64,000 nt of DNA from an uncultured Parachlamydiaceae bacterium (GTDB lineage: Bacteria; Chlamydiota; Chlamydiia; Chlamydiales; Parachlamydiaceae): contig CAVULX010000003.1 of the NCBI GenBank assembly GCA_963742415.1, positions 320,001 through 384,000 on the forward strand, given 5' to 3'. The notes beneath the pieces are model-generated. The model was not told the DNA's origin and searched no databases. It worked only from the letters and a program-made list of their open reading frames with translations. The stretch's first letter is position 1. Every line of letters begins with the position of its first letter. Positions 11,758-21,728 of the stretch are shown piece after piece. The translations under genes were made by a program, and so were the position numbers.

Positions 11758-12317
11758 TTAAGCTGCTACCGAAATCGGTAAATTTTTAAATGGTAGACCG
11801 AGCAATCTTAACAGTTCTACACATTCTTCATCAGTTTTAGCAGTTGTCACAAAGGTGATATTCATCCCTTGTGTCTTTTTGACTTCATCAAGATTGATTT
11901 CAGGAAATACTTGTTGGTCATCAATACCTAGCGTATAGTTTCCACGTCCATCGCATTTGGTTGGGAAATCCTCTAAAGTCGCGAATGCGAGGGCAAACAA
12001 TATTAAAGAAGCGATCAATGAAGTCATACATTCGCACGCCGCGCAAGTGTCACTTTGATGCCAATCGGTTGTTCTTCACGCAGTTTAAAGTTCGAAATCG
12101 CCTTTTTGGCTTTTGTAATGATCGGTTTTTGTCCTGACAGCATCGTCAGTTCATTGACGCAATCTTGAATTGAATTTTTATCTTTAGAAGCTTCAGCAAT
12201 CCCCATGTTGATGACCACTTTCTCCAATTCAGGGATCATCATGGGATTGGCATACCCAAACTTTTTTAGCAGCTCTGCTTGATTTCGTTCTAGATATCTT
12301 TTCTTTAACCTAGACAT
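11758..12317 (-). CDS. rplE: 50S ribosomal protein L5 (frameshifted)
   Basis: [37 protein letters not shown]. Confidence 0.92.
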
Positions 12318-12369
12318 TGTTTTCAACTCATTTCATTGTTTTTTATTTGGCTACTTAATTTTGTTCTAC

Positions 12370-12741
12370 TTAAGCTACCGTAAAGGCATATTCTTTGTAC
12401 CCTCAAGGCTGCTTTACAGTCTATAAAGTAATCTCACGCGATGTTGAGCTCACGTTGACCTTGATCATTGTAGCGCACATGCAATTTGACTGGTTTATCA
12501 TCTTCGGATGCACACGCGCAAATTTGAAATGTGGATCGGTTTTTCCAACTCGACGATGCCACCTTTTTGATTGTCTGGGTTTTCTTCACATGTTTTTTGC
12601 GCACATTCAGTCCTTGAACAACTGCTTTATCTCCGATAATTCTGAGGACTGTCCCTGTTTGACCTCGGTCATTTCCGGAAATCGCAATGACTTTATCGCC
12701 CTTTGCGAATTTTTTTTGTTCGCTGTTGGCTTTTTTTCCAT
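12370..12741 (-). CDS. rplX: 50S ribosomal protein L24 (frameshifted; 3' end approximate)
   Basis: Minus strand reads IRKGDKVIAISGNDRGQTG and EKPIHISN. Lies between rplN and rplE. Confidence 0.85.
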
Positions 12742-12760
12742 AACTTAATCCGCCTTGCCT

Positions 12761-13127
12761 TTAAATCACTTCTGGAGCCAGCGATGCTATTTTTAAAAAA
12801 TCTCTGTCGCGCACTTCACGCGCTACAGGTCCAAAAATACGAGTTCCTCGCGGATTATTTTTATCATCAATCAGCACGCAGCTATTTGTATCAAAGCGAA
12901 GCTTTGTCCCATCTTTTCGTTTAATATAGTATCTTGTTCTCACGATGACAGCTTTAACAACATCGCCTTTTTTCACTTGCCATCTGGATCAGCTTCTTTG
13001 ACAGAACAGACGATGATATCGCCGACATGAGCGTAACGACGTCGGGTCCGCCAAGTACTTTAAAACATTTTACCCGCTTTGCTCCTGAGTTGTCAGCGAC
13101 TTTTAGCTGGGTTTCTTGTTGAATCAT
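12761..13127 (-). CDS. rplN: 50S ribosomal protein L14 (frameshifted)
   Basis: [36 protein letters not shown]. Confidence 0.93.
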
Positions 13128-13155
13128 AACTTATTAACTCCAATTTCTAATTCTG

Positions 13156-13411
13156 TTAGTTGCTTAAGCAACAACACGCCAGCGCTTTAAGTTTGGACAA
13201 GGGTCTTGTTTCCACAATTTTCACTTCATCGCCAACTTCGCAAAGGTTGCCCTTCATTATGGGCATAGATATTTCTTTCGACGTGTAATGACTTTGCCAT
13301 ACTTGGGATGCGATAGGTACGTTCGACTTTAACGACAACAGTTTTTTGCATTTTATTGGAAACAACGACGCCTTTTTTTATTTTGCGATTGCTTCTTTCT
13401 GCGTTTTCCAT
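13156..13411 (-). CDS. rpsQ: 30S ribosomal protein S17 (frameshifted)
   Basis: GVVVSNKMQKTVVV; GDEVKIVETRPLSK. Confidence 0.9.
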
Positions 13412-13429
13412 GTTTCCCTCTACACTTAA

Positions 13430-13637
13430 CTATTTTGTTTGCGTGGCTTGCTTTTCAGTCATAACTGTCAGCAAGCGAGCAATTTCTTTTCTTTTTTGGC
13501 GCAGCAAGATGAGGCTTTTCGATTTTTTTTGTTCGCTTCATTTCGTTGATCCAACTGAAACAGCTCTTTGCGAGTATCACTGAACGTCGCTTCTAGTTCC
13601 TCAATTGCATATCTCTTAAATCTTTTGCTTTTGTCAT
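13430..13637 (-). CDS. rpmC: 50S ribosomal protein L29 (frameshifted)
   Basis: IEELEATFSDTRKELFQL and EIARLLTV. Lies between rplP and rpsQ. Confidence 0.85.
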
Positions 13638-13646
13638 ATATCCACC

Positions 13647-14066
13647 TCACACTTGTTCTACGCGTTCAACAAAGCGTGTTTTAAGCCCTAGCTTTGCAGC
13701 TGCACGTCGCAAAGCATTTTGCGCCATTTCTTTGGGTACGTTGGCTACTTCAAACAGTACTCTTCCTGGTCGTACAACAGCTACCCAATGATCGACAGCG
13801 CCTTTACCTTTACCCATACGAACTTCAGCAGGTTTTTTTGTCACAGGTTTATCAGGAAAAATGCGGATCCACACTTTACCGCGACGTTGAAAGTAGCGGT
13901 TGATCGCCACACGGCATGCTTCGATTTGTTGGTTTGTGATCCATCCTCGTTCCAGAACTTGGATTCCAAACTCACCAAAGTGGACAAAGTTGCCCCCTTT
14001 GCTGATGCCAGCAAACTGTCCTTTTTGCATTTTGCGATGCTTTGTTCTTTTTGGCATTAAAGCCAT
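13647..14066 (-). CDS. rplP: 50S ribosomal protein L16
   Basis: [37 protein letters not shown]. Confidence 0.97.
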   Translation of the reverse strand: MALMPKRTKHRKMQKGQFAGISKGGNFVHFGEFGIQVLERGWITNQQIEACRVAINRYFQRRGKVWIRIFPDKPVTKKPAEVRMGKGKGAVDHWVAVVRPGRVLFEVANVPKEMAQNALRRAAAKLGLKTRFVERVEQV

Positions 14067-14068
14067 GG

Positions 14069-14723
14069 TTATGCAACCTCCTTCTTCGTCGGGAGATTGC
14101 TTCACCACGGTAGATCCAGACTTTCACACCGATGCTTCCATATGTTGTTTCAGCACGTCCATAGGCATAATCGATATCGGCACGCAGTGTATGCAGAGGA
14201 GTGCTTCCTTCTTTATACCATTCTGTACGTGCAATTTCAGCACCGCCCAAGACGTCCAGAACACTTGAACTTTAATTCCAAGAGCGCCTGCATCCATGAG
14301 TAGATTGCATCGCTTTTTTCATTGCACGGCGGAAAGGAATACGTCTTTCGAGTTGCTTTGCAATGCCATCGGCAACGATTTTTGCATCGAGATCAGGACG
14401 TTTGATTTCTTCAACTTCGATCCAGACTTCTTTGCCGGTCAGTTTGAAGAGTTCAGCTTTGAGAATATCGATTTCAGCACCTTTTTTACCGATGACCAGA
14501 CCTGGACGTGCTGTGCAGATCGTCACTTCGATTTTTTCGCTCATGCGGCGAATTTTGATCTGCGAAGTCCCTAGCCAAGATTGGCTTTTTTCATCAGATA
14601 AGCGCGAATCATCTGATCTTCGATGAGCAAGTTGCCAAATTCTTGCTTATTCGCATACCATTTGGAACGCCAATCGCGCTTGCGAATGAGGCGAAAACCA
14701 ATTGGATTTGCTTTTTGTCCCAT
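14069..14723 (-). CDS. rpsC: 30S ribosomal protein S3 (frameshifted)
   Basis: [44 protein letters not shown]. Confidence 0.93.
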
Positions 14724-14734
14724 TCAACTTCTCC

Positions 14735-15078
14735 TTATTCTGTACTGACAACCACAGTAAAGTGGCTTGTTCTTTTTATAATCGGATGACGACCGCCGCG
14801 GTTTTTCGGTTTTGCCCGCTTCAATCCTGGGTCCTTCATCGACACGCACTTCATTCACTATGAGATCTTCTCGTCTGAGGTCAAGCCCTTTTGTGTTTCG
14901 GCATTTGCAACAGCGCTATCGAGTGTCTTTTTTAAGAAGACGGCCGCCTTTTAATCCGCAATGCATTAATTGCATGGTTGCTTGGGCAACTGGTAATCCG
15001 CGAATCAAGTCCAGCAGCAAGCCGGGCTTTGCGCGGGCTGATTCGCACAAATTTGCTTATTGCTATTGCGCTATTCAT
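14735..15078 (-). CDS. rplV: 50S ribosomal protein L22 (frameshifted)
   Basis: Minus strand reads VRISPRKA, SAVANA, VDEGP, KRTSHFTVVV. Confidence 0.88.
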
Positions 15079-15090
15079 TGCTTGCACCCT

Positions 15091-15356
15091 TTACTTCTTA
15101 ATTGGATGTCCTTTAAATGTACGCGTCGGAGAAAATTCACCCAAGCGATGTCCTACCATATTTTCTGAGACAAAAACGTGAGAAATGTTTGCGTCCATTA
15201 TGCACTTCAAATGTATGTCCAATCATTTCAGGAATGATCATCGATCGTCTCGACCATGTTTTAATCGCTTTTTTTGAATCTTGCTCTATTTTGATCGTCA
15301 ACTTTTTTTAGTAGATGGTGATCAACAAAAGGACCTTTTTTTAACGATCTTGCCAT
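15091..15356 (-). CDS. rpsS: 30S ribosomal protein S19 (frameshifted)
   Basis: [49 protein letters not shown]. Confidence 0.92.
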
Positions 15357-15359
15357 AAC

Positions 15360-16209
15360 TTACTTCTTCCTTCGATCTTTAACGATAAACTTATTAGACT
15401 TTCTTCAGCGATCTTGTGCGAAGACCACGTGTGCATACGGCCCAAGGTGTTTGAGGAATATTTCCTTTATGCTTACCTTCACCACCACCGTGTGGGTGGT
15501 CGACAGGGTTCATCGCTGTACCGCGAACTGTAGGACGAACGCCTTTCCAGCGCATACGGCCGGCTTTACCTTCGACACGCAGGTTATGTTCTGGATTGGA
15601 AACAGCTCCGAAAGTTGCTCGGCAATTTTCATTGACCATGCGCACTTCACCTGAAGGCATGCGCAGTGTTGCATAGCCGCCGCTGCGCGCCATCAGCTGA
15701 GCAGAAAGACCGGCAGAGCGCACTAATTTTGCCCCCTTTTCCGGGGATGATTTCAATATTGTGGATGACCGAACCGAGCGGCATGAATTTCAGTTTCATG
15801 CAGCATCCTACAGCTAAAGGGAGGCTCATCGCTTGTTTGAACGGTATCGCCCACTTTGAAGGCCTTGTGGAGCTAGAATATAGCGTTTTTCGCCATCGGC
15901 ATAATTGAGCAGGGCGATATAGGCAGATGCGGTTTGGATCGTATTCGATCGAAGCGACGCGGGCAGGAATATTTTCTTTATCGCGTTTAAAATCGACGAT
16001 ACGGATAATGTTGCTTATGTCCTCCACCTTTATGGCGGCAGGTGATATGACCATTGTTATTGCGGCCGCAAGTGCGTCTTTTTGGAAGCAGAAGAGCCTT
16101 TTGGTGGAGGAACAACTTGACGTTTTCCTTCTTGACGCGTCAACGCTTCATGAGCTGAAAGGATCAGTTGACGCGTTCCTGGTGTAATCGGACGATATTT
16201 TTTCAACAT
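15360..16209 (-). CDS. rplB: 50S ribosomal protein L2 (frameshifted)
   Basis: [28 protein letters not shown]. Confidence 0.95.
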
Positions 16210-16224
16210 TTGTCATTTTCCTTC

Positions 16225-16560
16225 TTATATATTGTCCAAGCTATCGTCTTTTTCGAGCGTGACGATCGCTTTTTTGAATTGGGTTTGACACCAGAGCGAC
16301 CACGTACGCGACGACGTTTTCGCTTTAACATTGATCGTATTGACGGCAACGACTTTGACATTTTTTTCACGGTAAATTTCTTCGAAAGCCTGTGCAATTT
16401 GGTGTTTTTTGGCATTGCGATCGACGATAAAAACATATTTTGGAGTCAAGCACCTTCTTACGGAGGGGTTGCTTTTTGCACTTTTCAACTCTTGCAACAT
16501 GCTCGCTTTTTCAGTCACATGCTGATGTTTAATGATTTGATAAGGATTTTTTTTTGCCAT
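16225..16560 (-). CDS. rplW: 50S ribosomal protein L23
   Basis: HVTEKA, KYVFIVD, VVAVNTINVK, KKAIVTL. Confidence 0.92.
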   Translation of the reverse strand: MAKKNPYQIIKHQHVTEKASMLQELKSAKSNPSVRRCLTPKYVFIVDRNAKKHQIAQAFEEIYREKNVKVVAVNTINVKAKTSSRTWSLWCQTQFKKAIVTLEKDDSLDNI

Positions 16561-16578
16561 GATTTATTATTCCTTGTT

Positions 16579-17263
16579 TTACAAAAGCCACTGGTTTAGT
16601 TCTTGCAAAGCAGATTCTGTCAGGACGATATCGTTGGCTAGCAAAACATCATATCCGGAAATATTTGAAGCCAAGGAAAACTCCACTTTTGGTAAATTGC
16701 GTATGCTTTTGATAAAGTTTTGATGTTTATCTGAGCGGACGGTGATTTGTTTCTTAACATTTCCGATTTCGATCACTTCAGCAAAGAGCTCTCTCCCAGG
16801 AACAACACACGTTTATTAAGGTTGCATGTTTTGAGGAAGTTTGCGACCGATTTAGTTTTTGGGGTATCGAGTGCAATTCTTCGAGAATGTGGACTTTATT
16901 TTCTCTGATTTTTTCACCGATCAGGCAGCGGATGGCAGCTTGGCGCTCTTTTTTGTTGATGCTCACATGCTGATCAAACTTCGGCTTGGGCCGAAATACC
17001 CGTCCGCCGCCTTTATATTGAGGAGCAGCCAAAGAACCTTGACGGGCACGACCTCCCCCTTTTTGCGGATGAGGTTTTTTTGTGGTATGGTTGACTTCGG
17101 AGCGACCTTTTGTATTGGCAGACCATTGCCGTGCATTGGCGCGCAAGGCCACGATATAGTCTTTGATCATTTGGCCGTTAGCTTCAGCTTTGACGTAGGC
17201 ATCGTTTACTTTTACATTGGTGAGTTCTTCACCACTGAGATTGTATTTTTTCAATGTAGCCAC
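16579..17263 (-). CDS. rplD: 50S ribosomal protein L4 (frameshifted)
   Basis: TKGRSEV, KPHPQKGGGRARQGS. Confidence 0.93.
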
Positions 17264-17284
17264 AATTCTACTCCACTCTCTGAA

Positions 17285-17969
17285 TTACTTATGACTCTTT
17301 TTGGTTGCGCCGTGCATTTTAATTGCTGGGGCAAGAACTACGAGACCATTTTTTGGGCCAGGAACAGCACCTTTAACAAGGATCAGGTTATCTTCTTTTA
17401 TGATCATGACAACTTCCAGGTTTTGCACTGTCATTCTGTCATGACCCATATGGCTCGCGCGTTTTCCTCCGGCAAGCAGCGACCTGGGGTTGATCTCATC
17501 CCTGTAGAACCTGCATGGCGATGGAATCCCGAACCGTGTGAAGCAGGTCCGCCGGAAAAGTTATGAAGTTTGATGACCCCTTGGTAGCCTTTACCTTTTG
17601 ATACTGCGGTCGCATCGACAAATTTAACATCTTCAAATTGTTCAACGCCAATTTCTTGACCGAGATTATAGTCTTCTACTTTGTCCATACGCGATTCGAT
17701 CAAGTAGCGGCGCGGCTCGAAGTTCGACTTTGCAAAATGTCGCGAAGCGGTTTGGACACTCTCTTTTCGATTGTCCTCGGATCTTTTGTTTTAATTTTAT
17801 CGAAGCCTAGTTGAATTGCATTGTAGCCATCTGTTTCTTTCGTTTTAATTTGGGTGACTACATTGGGTTCTGCTTCAATGACGGTGCATGCGATCGCATT
17901 GCCTTTGTCATCAAACAGCTGCGTCATTCCCCGTTTTTTGCCCATTAATTTAAATGGCTTAAATGGCAT
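17285..17969 (-). CDS. rplC: 50S ribosomal protein L3 (frameshifted)
   Basis: [34 protein letters not shown]. Confidence 0.93.
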
Positions 17970-18228
17970 AGGGTCAATCCTTAAATTCTTTAGATAGCAT
18001 CTACTTAAATGTCAGCGTACTATATAATGTTGTGTACGGTTAACCTTTTTGAAAAGTGGAAAGTTGCACACGAAATATGTCCTTTCCAGTTTTATAAAAG
18101 GGACTTAAAAAACGCTCTTTTGGAACGCTTTATGTGTGAAGCTTATCAGACCGATCGAATTTTCCACAACATTTTTTTCTCCTCATTATAAATTTGTAGT
18201 AAAAACCTCTCTTTGCCGTTGCAAAATC

Positions 18229-19782
18229 TTATTGTTGAGCAACCTTTTTATCCTGAAGAATTTCCAATTGCAGACAGTTTTTTTTAACTTTGAGAAGGCA
18301 TTCTATTTCTCCCTTCGAAGTTAATCCACATGCTTTTACAAGCCCTTTTTCTGCTTTAAGAAACAGATACGTCTGCCCTTTGCGATAACATCCCGCTCTG
18401 GGTATGACGACGATTTTTCCTGATACATAGGCCTCTTTGGCAATGTTCAAGCAATCGCAACTTCCATCGGGATCGATCTTTATTTCCAAAGTTCCTGTAT
18501 TTGATTGATTAAAAAATCCGTTGATAAAGATTGTTTTGATATCCTGTTCGGCTGGGTGAAGGATCCCCTGATTGCTTACATTTTTCCAATCCCCTGTCCC
18601 TTGCAAGGTCCCTTTTTCCCCGATAAAAATTTCGCTGGATACAGGATAATTGATCGTTAAAGTTCCTTCGGCCACCGTCAATTTTCCGGTAAATTCCTTA
18701 CAGGTTGCTTTATTTAGGTCCCATTCCCCTTTTCCTTTTTTAAAGAGCTCCCCATTCCCCGCGAGGAAAAGATCATTCCCCTTGGCTTCTGAGTGGTAAA
18801 CAAAAGAGGCTCCTTCCATGACAAATAGATCCTTTCCTACGCCCTTGGCTTTTGTTGCTATTTTGTCGCCGGCTGAGCCGCCGATGGCGGAATTGTTTTC
18901 GAAGCTGACATTAAAAATATGCAGTTCTCCCCCTTCGCGGACAAAGACAGCGCCGCCTAAACCTGCTCCGCCGCCCCCGATTTTTTTATAAGCGCTGCAT
19001 CCAAATTCTCCCCCTTTGCCAGCCAGATGTGGATATCGACTTCCGCCGCCTCCGCCTCCAAATCCCCCTTTTCCCCCAAGGCCCGCACCCCGGAGCTTGT
19101 CAAATCCGCCCCCCCCTCCGCCGCCGCCAAAGGCTGCCTCTTGGCCATCCATTTGAGACTCTTCGCCATGCCCTCCGATCCCGCCGTTGGATCCAGCGAT
19201 ATTTTCAGAAGCATCGCCCCCATCTCCCCCTTGGAGATTTTCTATAAGAAGGGTTGGTAAACTGCTTTTATTCACCTCTGCCGGCTCACCCCCATGGCCG
19301 CCGATTGCATGATTGTGCTTAAACGCCACATTTTTCAAGACAACTGCAGCGCCGGAATCGATAAAGAGACCGCCTCCAGCCCCCAAGCCGCCTCCTCCGC
19401 CTGTGGACAAAGCGTGGCCATTTTTTCCTTTGCTACTTCCATGGCAGATGTTTAGGTTGCTGATGATGGTCCTTCCAGATCGGATAGTCAAAACGGGGAA
19501 TAGTCCTCTTGCATTGATTGAAATCGCCTCTTCTGTTGAGCCTTGAATGGTGATTTGCTTACAAATGGGAGGAAGGGGTGAATCAAGGAAGATGGTCCCT
19601 TTTAAAAAGGGGGCAAAAATAATCGAATCATTTGCACTAGCTTTTTCTAAGGCATCTCGAAAAGAACCAGGGCCGCTATCTGCCTTGGAATAAACGATTA
19701 AATCTATAGAAAAAAGGGAAGAAATAAAAAGAAAATAACTGCCGATCGCAATTGTGAGGTGTGTTGAAAAAAAAGAGGACAT
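18229..19782 (-). CDS. Secreted Gly-rich, autotransporter-passenger-like (beta-helix) protein without a beta-barrel
   Basis: Hydrophobic N-terminus, DSGPGSFRDAL motif, GGGGG tracts, GGAVF/FxxN motifs and a LFKKGKGEWDL...FTGKLTVAEGTL passenger-type repeat. Confidence 0.6.
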   Translation of the reverse strand: MSSFFSTHLTIAIGSYFLFISSLFSIDLIVYSKADSGPGSFRDALEKASANDSIIFAPFLKGTIFLDSPLPPICKQITIQGSTEEAISINARGLFPVLTIRSGRTIISNLNICHGSSKGKNGHALSTGGGGGLGAGGGLFIDSGAAVVLKNVAFKHNHAIGGHGGEPAEVNKSSLPTLLIENLQGGDGGDASENIAGSNGGIGGHGEESQMDGQEAAFGGGGGGGGFDKLRGAGLGGKGGFGGGGGGSRYPHLAGKGGEFGCSAYKKIGGGGAGLGGAVFVREGGELHIFNVSFENNSAIGGSAGDKIATKAKGVGKDLFVMEGASFVYHSEAKGNDLFLAGNGELFKKGKGEWDLNKATCKEFTGKLTVAEGTLTINYPVSSEIFIGEKGTLQGTGDWKNVSNQGILHPAEQDIKTIFINGFFNQSNTGTLEIKIDPDGSCDCLNIAKEAYVSGKIVVIPRAGCYRKGQTYLFLKAEKGLVKACGLTSKGEIECLLKVKKNCLQLEILQDKKVAQQ

Positions 19783-20050
19783 GTTTTTACTCCTGAAATT
19801 CTGGTTTTGATGTATTTCTCGGGGACATTTTCATTTCTGTGGGGAAACAATTTTTCTAGAAAACTATTTACAAATCCTAGCAAACCCCTTTGTTAGTAGT
19901 TTCAAAGGGGAAAAGGAAAAAGGAAATTTTAAAAAAAGTCAAATAAAAACCGTTTTATATATTTAGAGGGTGTTCACAAAAAAAAGATTTCTGAAAAATG
20001 GTGAAATCGAGTAAATGATTATGATCTATACATTGCAACGTAGAGGACGT

Positions 20051-20800
20051 ATGAACCATTTTCTTTTTCGCTTTATTATTTTGATTTGCTTATTTGCGTT
20101 CCAAAATTTACCTGCGGCCAATGTAGGGCTTTTAGTCATGGCTACGGGAAAATATTCCTCGTTTATCCCCCCTTTAGTCGAATCTGCTAAAAAGCATTTT
20201 TGCCGCAATCATCAAGTGACTTATTTTGTTTTTACGGACGGCGAACTTCCCCCCATGGATAATGTTGTAAAAATTTATCAACAGCGTTTAGGTTGGCCTC
20301 ATGACACGATGAAGCGTTACCATGTCTATTTAAACAGCCAAGACTTGCTCAAAACGCAAGATTATTTATTTGCTTGCGACGCCGACATGCTTTTTGTGGA
20401 TGAGGTGAGTGATGAAATTTTAGGAAAAAGGGTCGCTACGCAGCATCCAGGATTTTTCAATAAACGGGGATCTTATGAAACGAACCCCAAATCGCTTGCT
20501 TATGTAAAGCCGAATGAGGGTAAGCATTATTTTGCCGGCGGATTTTATGGTGGGACGTCTCAACAGTTTCTCACGATATGCCAAAGACTTGCCACGCGCG
20601 TTGACAAGGATTTGAACGCGGGTATCGTTGCAGTTTGGCATGATGAAAGCCATTGGAATAGATACTGCATTGATCATCCCCCCACGCTCATCCTTACCCC
20701 TTCCTATTGTTATCCTGAACGTTGGACATTGCCTTTCAAGAAGAAATTATTGGCCTTAGATAAGAATCACAGTGAATTTCGTAAGAATAACCTAAATTAG
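20051..20800 (+). CDS. Glycosyltransferase family 6 (ABO/alpha-1,3-Gal(NAc)-transferase-like) with an apparent signal peptide
   Basis: ATGKY, SAKKHF, YFVFTD, LGWP, YLFACDAD, YFAGGFYGG, WHDESHWNRY. AGAGGA ribosome-binding site precedes ATG 20051. Confidence 0.9.
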   Translation: MNHFLFRFIILICLFAFQNLPAANVGLLVMATGKYSSFIPPLVESAKKHFCRNHQVTYFVFTDGELPPMDNVVKIYQQRLGWPHDTMKRYHVYLNSQDLLKTQDYLFACDADMLFVDEVSDEILGKRVATQHPGFFNKRGSYETNPKSLAYVKPNEGKHYFAGGFYGGTSQQFLTICQRLATRVDKDLNAGIVAVWHDESHWNRYCIDHPPTLILTPSYCYPERWTLPFKKKLLALDKNHSEFRKNNLN

Positions 20801-20807
20801 AGAATCT

Positions 20808-21722
20808 ATGTTTCAGACTAAATATAATGTTATTTTTGTGTTTTTATTATTTTGTTTTCCTTTTGTGGTAGAAGCGAAGAGTGAAAATGTGCAAAAAACA
20901 AAGGAAAAGAACATTGTCATTATTGTGGCTTCCTATAAAAACGCTCAATGGTATCGTTATAATTTACACTCGTTACTCTCTCAGCGTTATAGTAATTATA
21001 GAATTATTTATACCGATGACAATTCGCCGGATGGAACAGCGCAATATATAGAAAATTATTTAAAAAAAAGGTTGATTGAATATCAATGCGTTGATTTTGA
21101 TGATAGCTCATTTTCCACTCCAGAAGAAACAGGGGAAGCTATAAGCAAGCTAATAAACAAAAAAAAACATTTTTTTACATTAATTCGAAATGTCAATCGT
21201 TGCGGAGCTTTAGCTAATTTGTATAGAATGATTCGCAGTTGCGCTGACAAAGACATTATTTGCACGGTCGATGGGGACGATTGGCTTTACAATCTGGATG
21301 TATTAAAAGGGCTCAATCAAGTCTATTCTGAGAGAGATATTTTGTATACCCATGGAACGCTTGTCGAATATCCCCATAACATCGTTGCTTGGTCTGAACC
21401 GATTCCAAAAAAAGTCATTGAAAAGCGTTCTTTCCGTAAATACAAATGCCCTTCCCATTTAAGGACGTTTTATTGCTGGCTTTTCAAAAAAATTAAAACA
21501 GAAGATTTTTTATATAATGGGCAATTTTTCCCGATGGCATGGGATATGGCCATTATGTTTCCCATCGCTGAGATGTCCGGAAAGAGGCACGCTTTTTTTG
21601 ACAACGTCACTTATGTTTACAATATGGCAAATCAAATCAATGACAATAAGGTCAATCCCAAATTGCAAAACGAGTTGGATGCCTATATAAGAAATATGCC
21701 TCCTTATCCTGAACTCGATTAA
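20808..21722 (+). CDS. Glycosyltransferase family 2 with an apparent signal peptide
   Basis: IIVASYKN, SQRY, IIYTDDNSPDGT, VDGDDWL. Confidence 0.85.
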   Translation: MFQTKYNVIFVFLLFCFPFVVEAKSENVQKTKEKNIVIIVASYKNAQWYRYNLHSLLSQRYSNYRIIYTDDNSPDGTAQYIENYLKKRLIEYQCVDFDDSSFSTPEETGEAISKLINKKKHFFTLIRNVNRCGALANLYRMIRSCADKDIICTVDGDDWLYNLDVLKGLNQVYSERDILYTHGTLVEYPHNIVAWSEPIPKKVIEKRSFRKYKCPSHLRTFYCWLFKKIKTEDFLYNGQFFPMAWDMAIMFPIAEMSGKRHAFFDNVTYVYNMANQINDNKVNPKLQNELDAYIRNMPPYPELD

Positions 21723-21728
21723 CAAAGG

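Noticed and set aside
16859-17566. 235-aa plus-strand ORF and similar antisense ORFs across the ribosomal block
   Set aside because: Antisense shadows of rplD/rplC and other conserved genes, with no motifs of their own.
7386-17969. Absence of rpsJ, rpsN, rpmD, adk, infA and rpsD from the cluster
   Set aside because: Matches the known gene order in Chlamydiae, so it is not novel.
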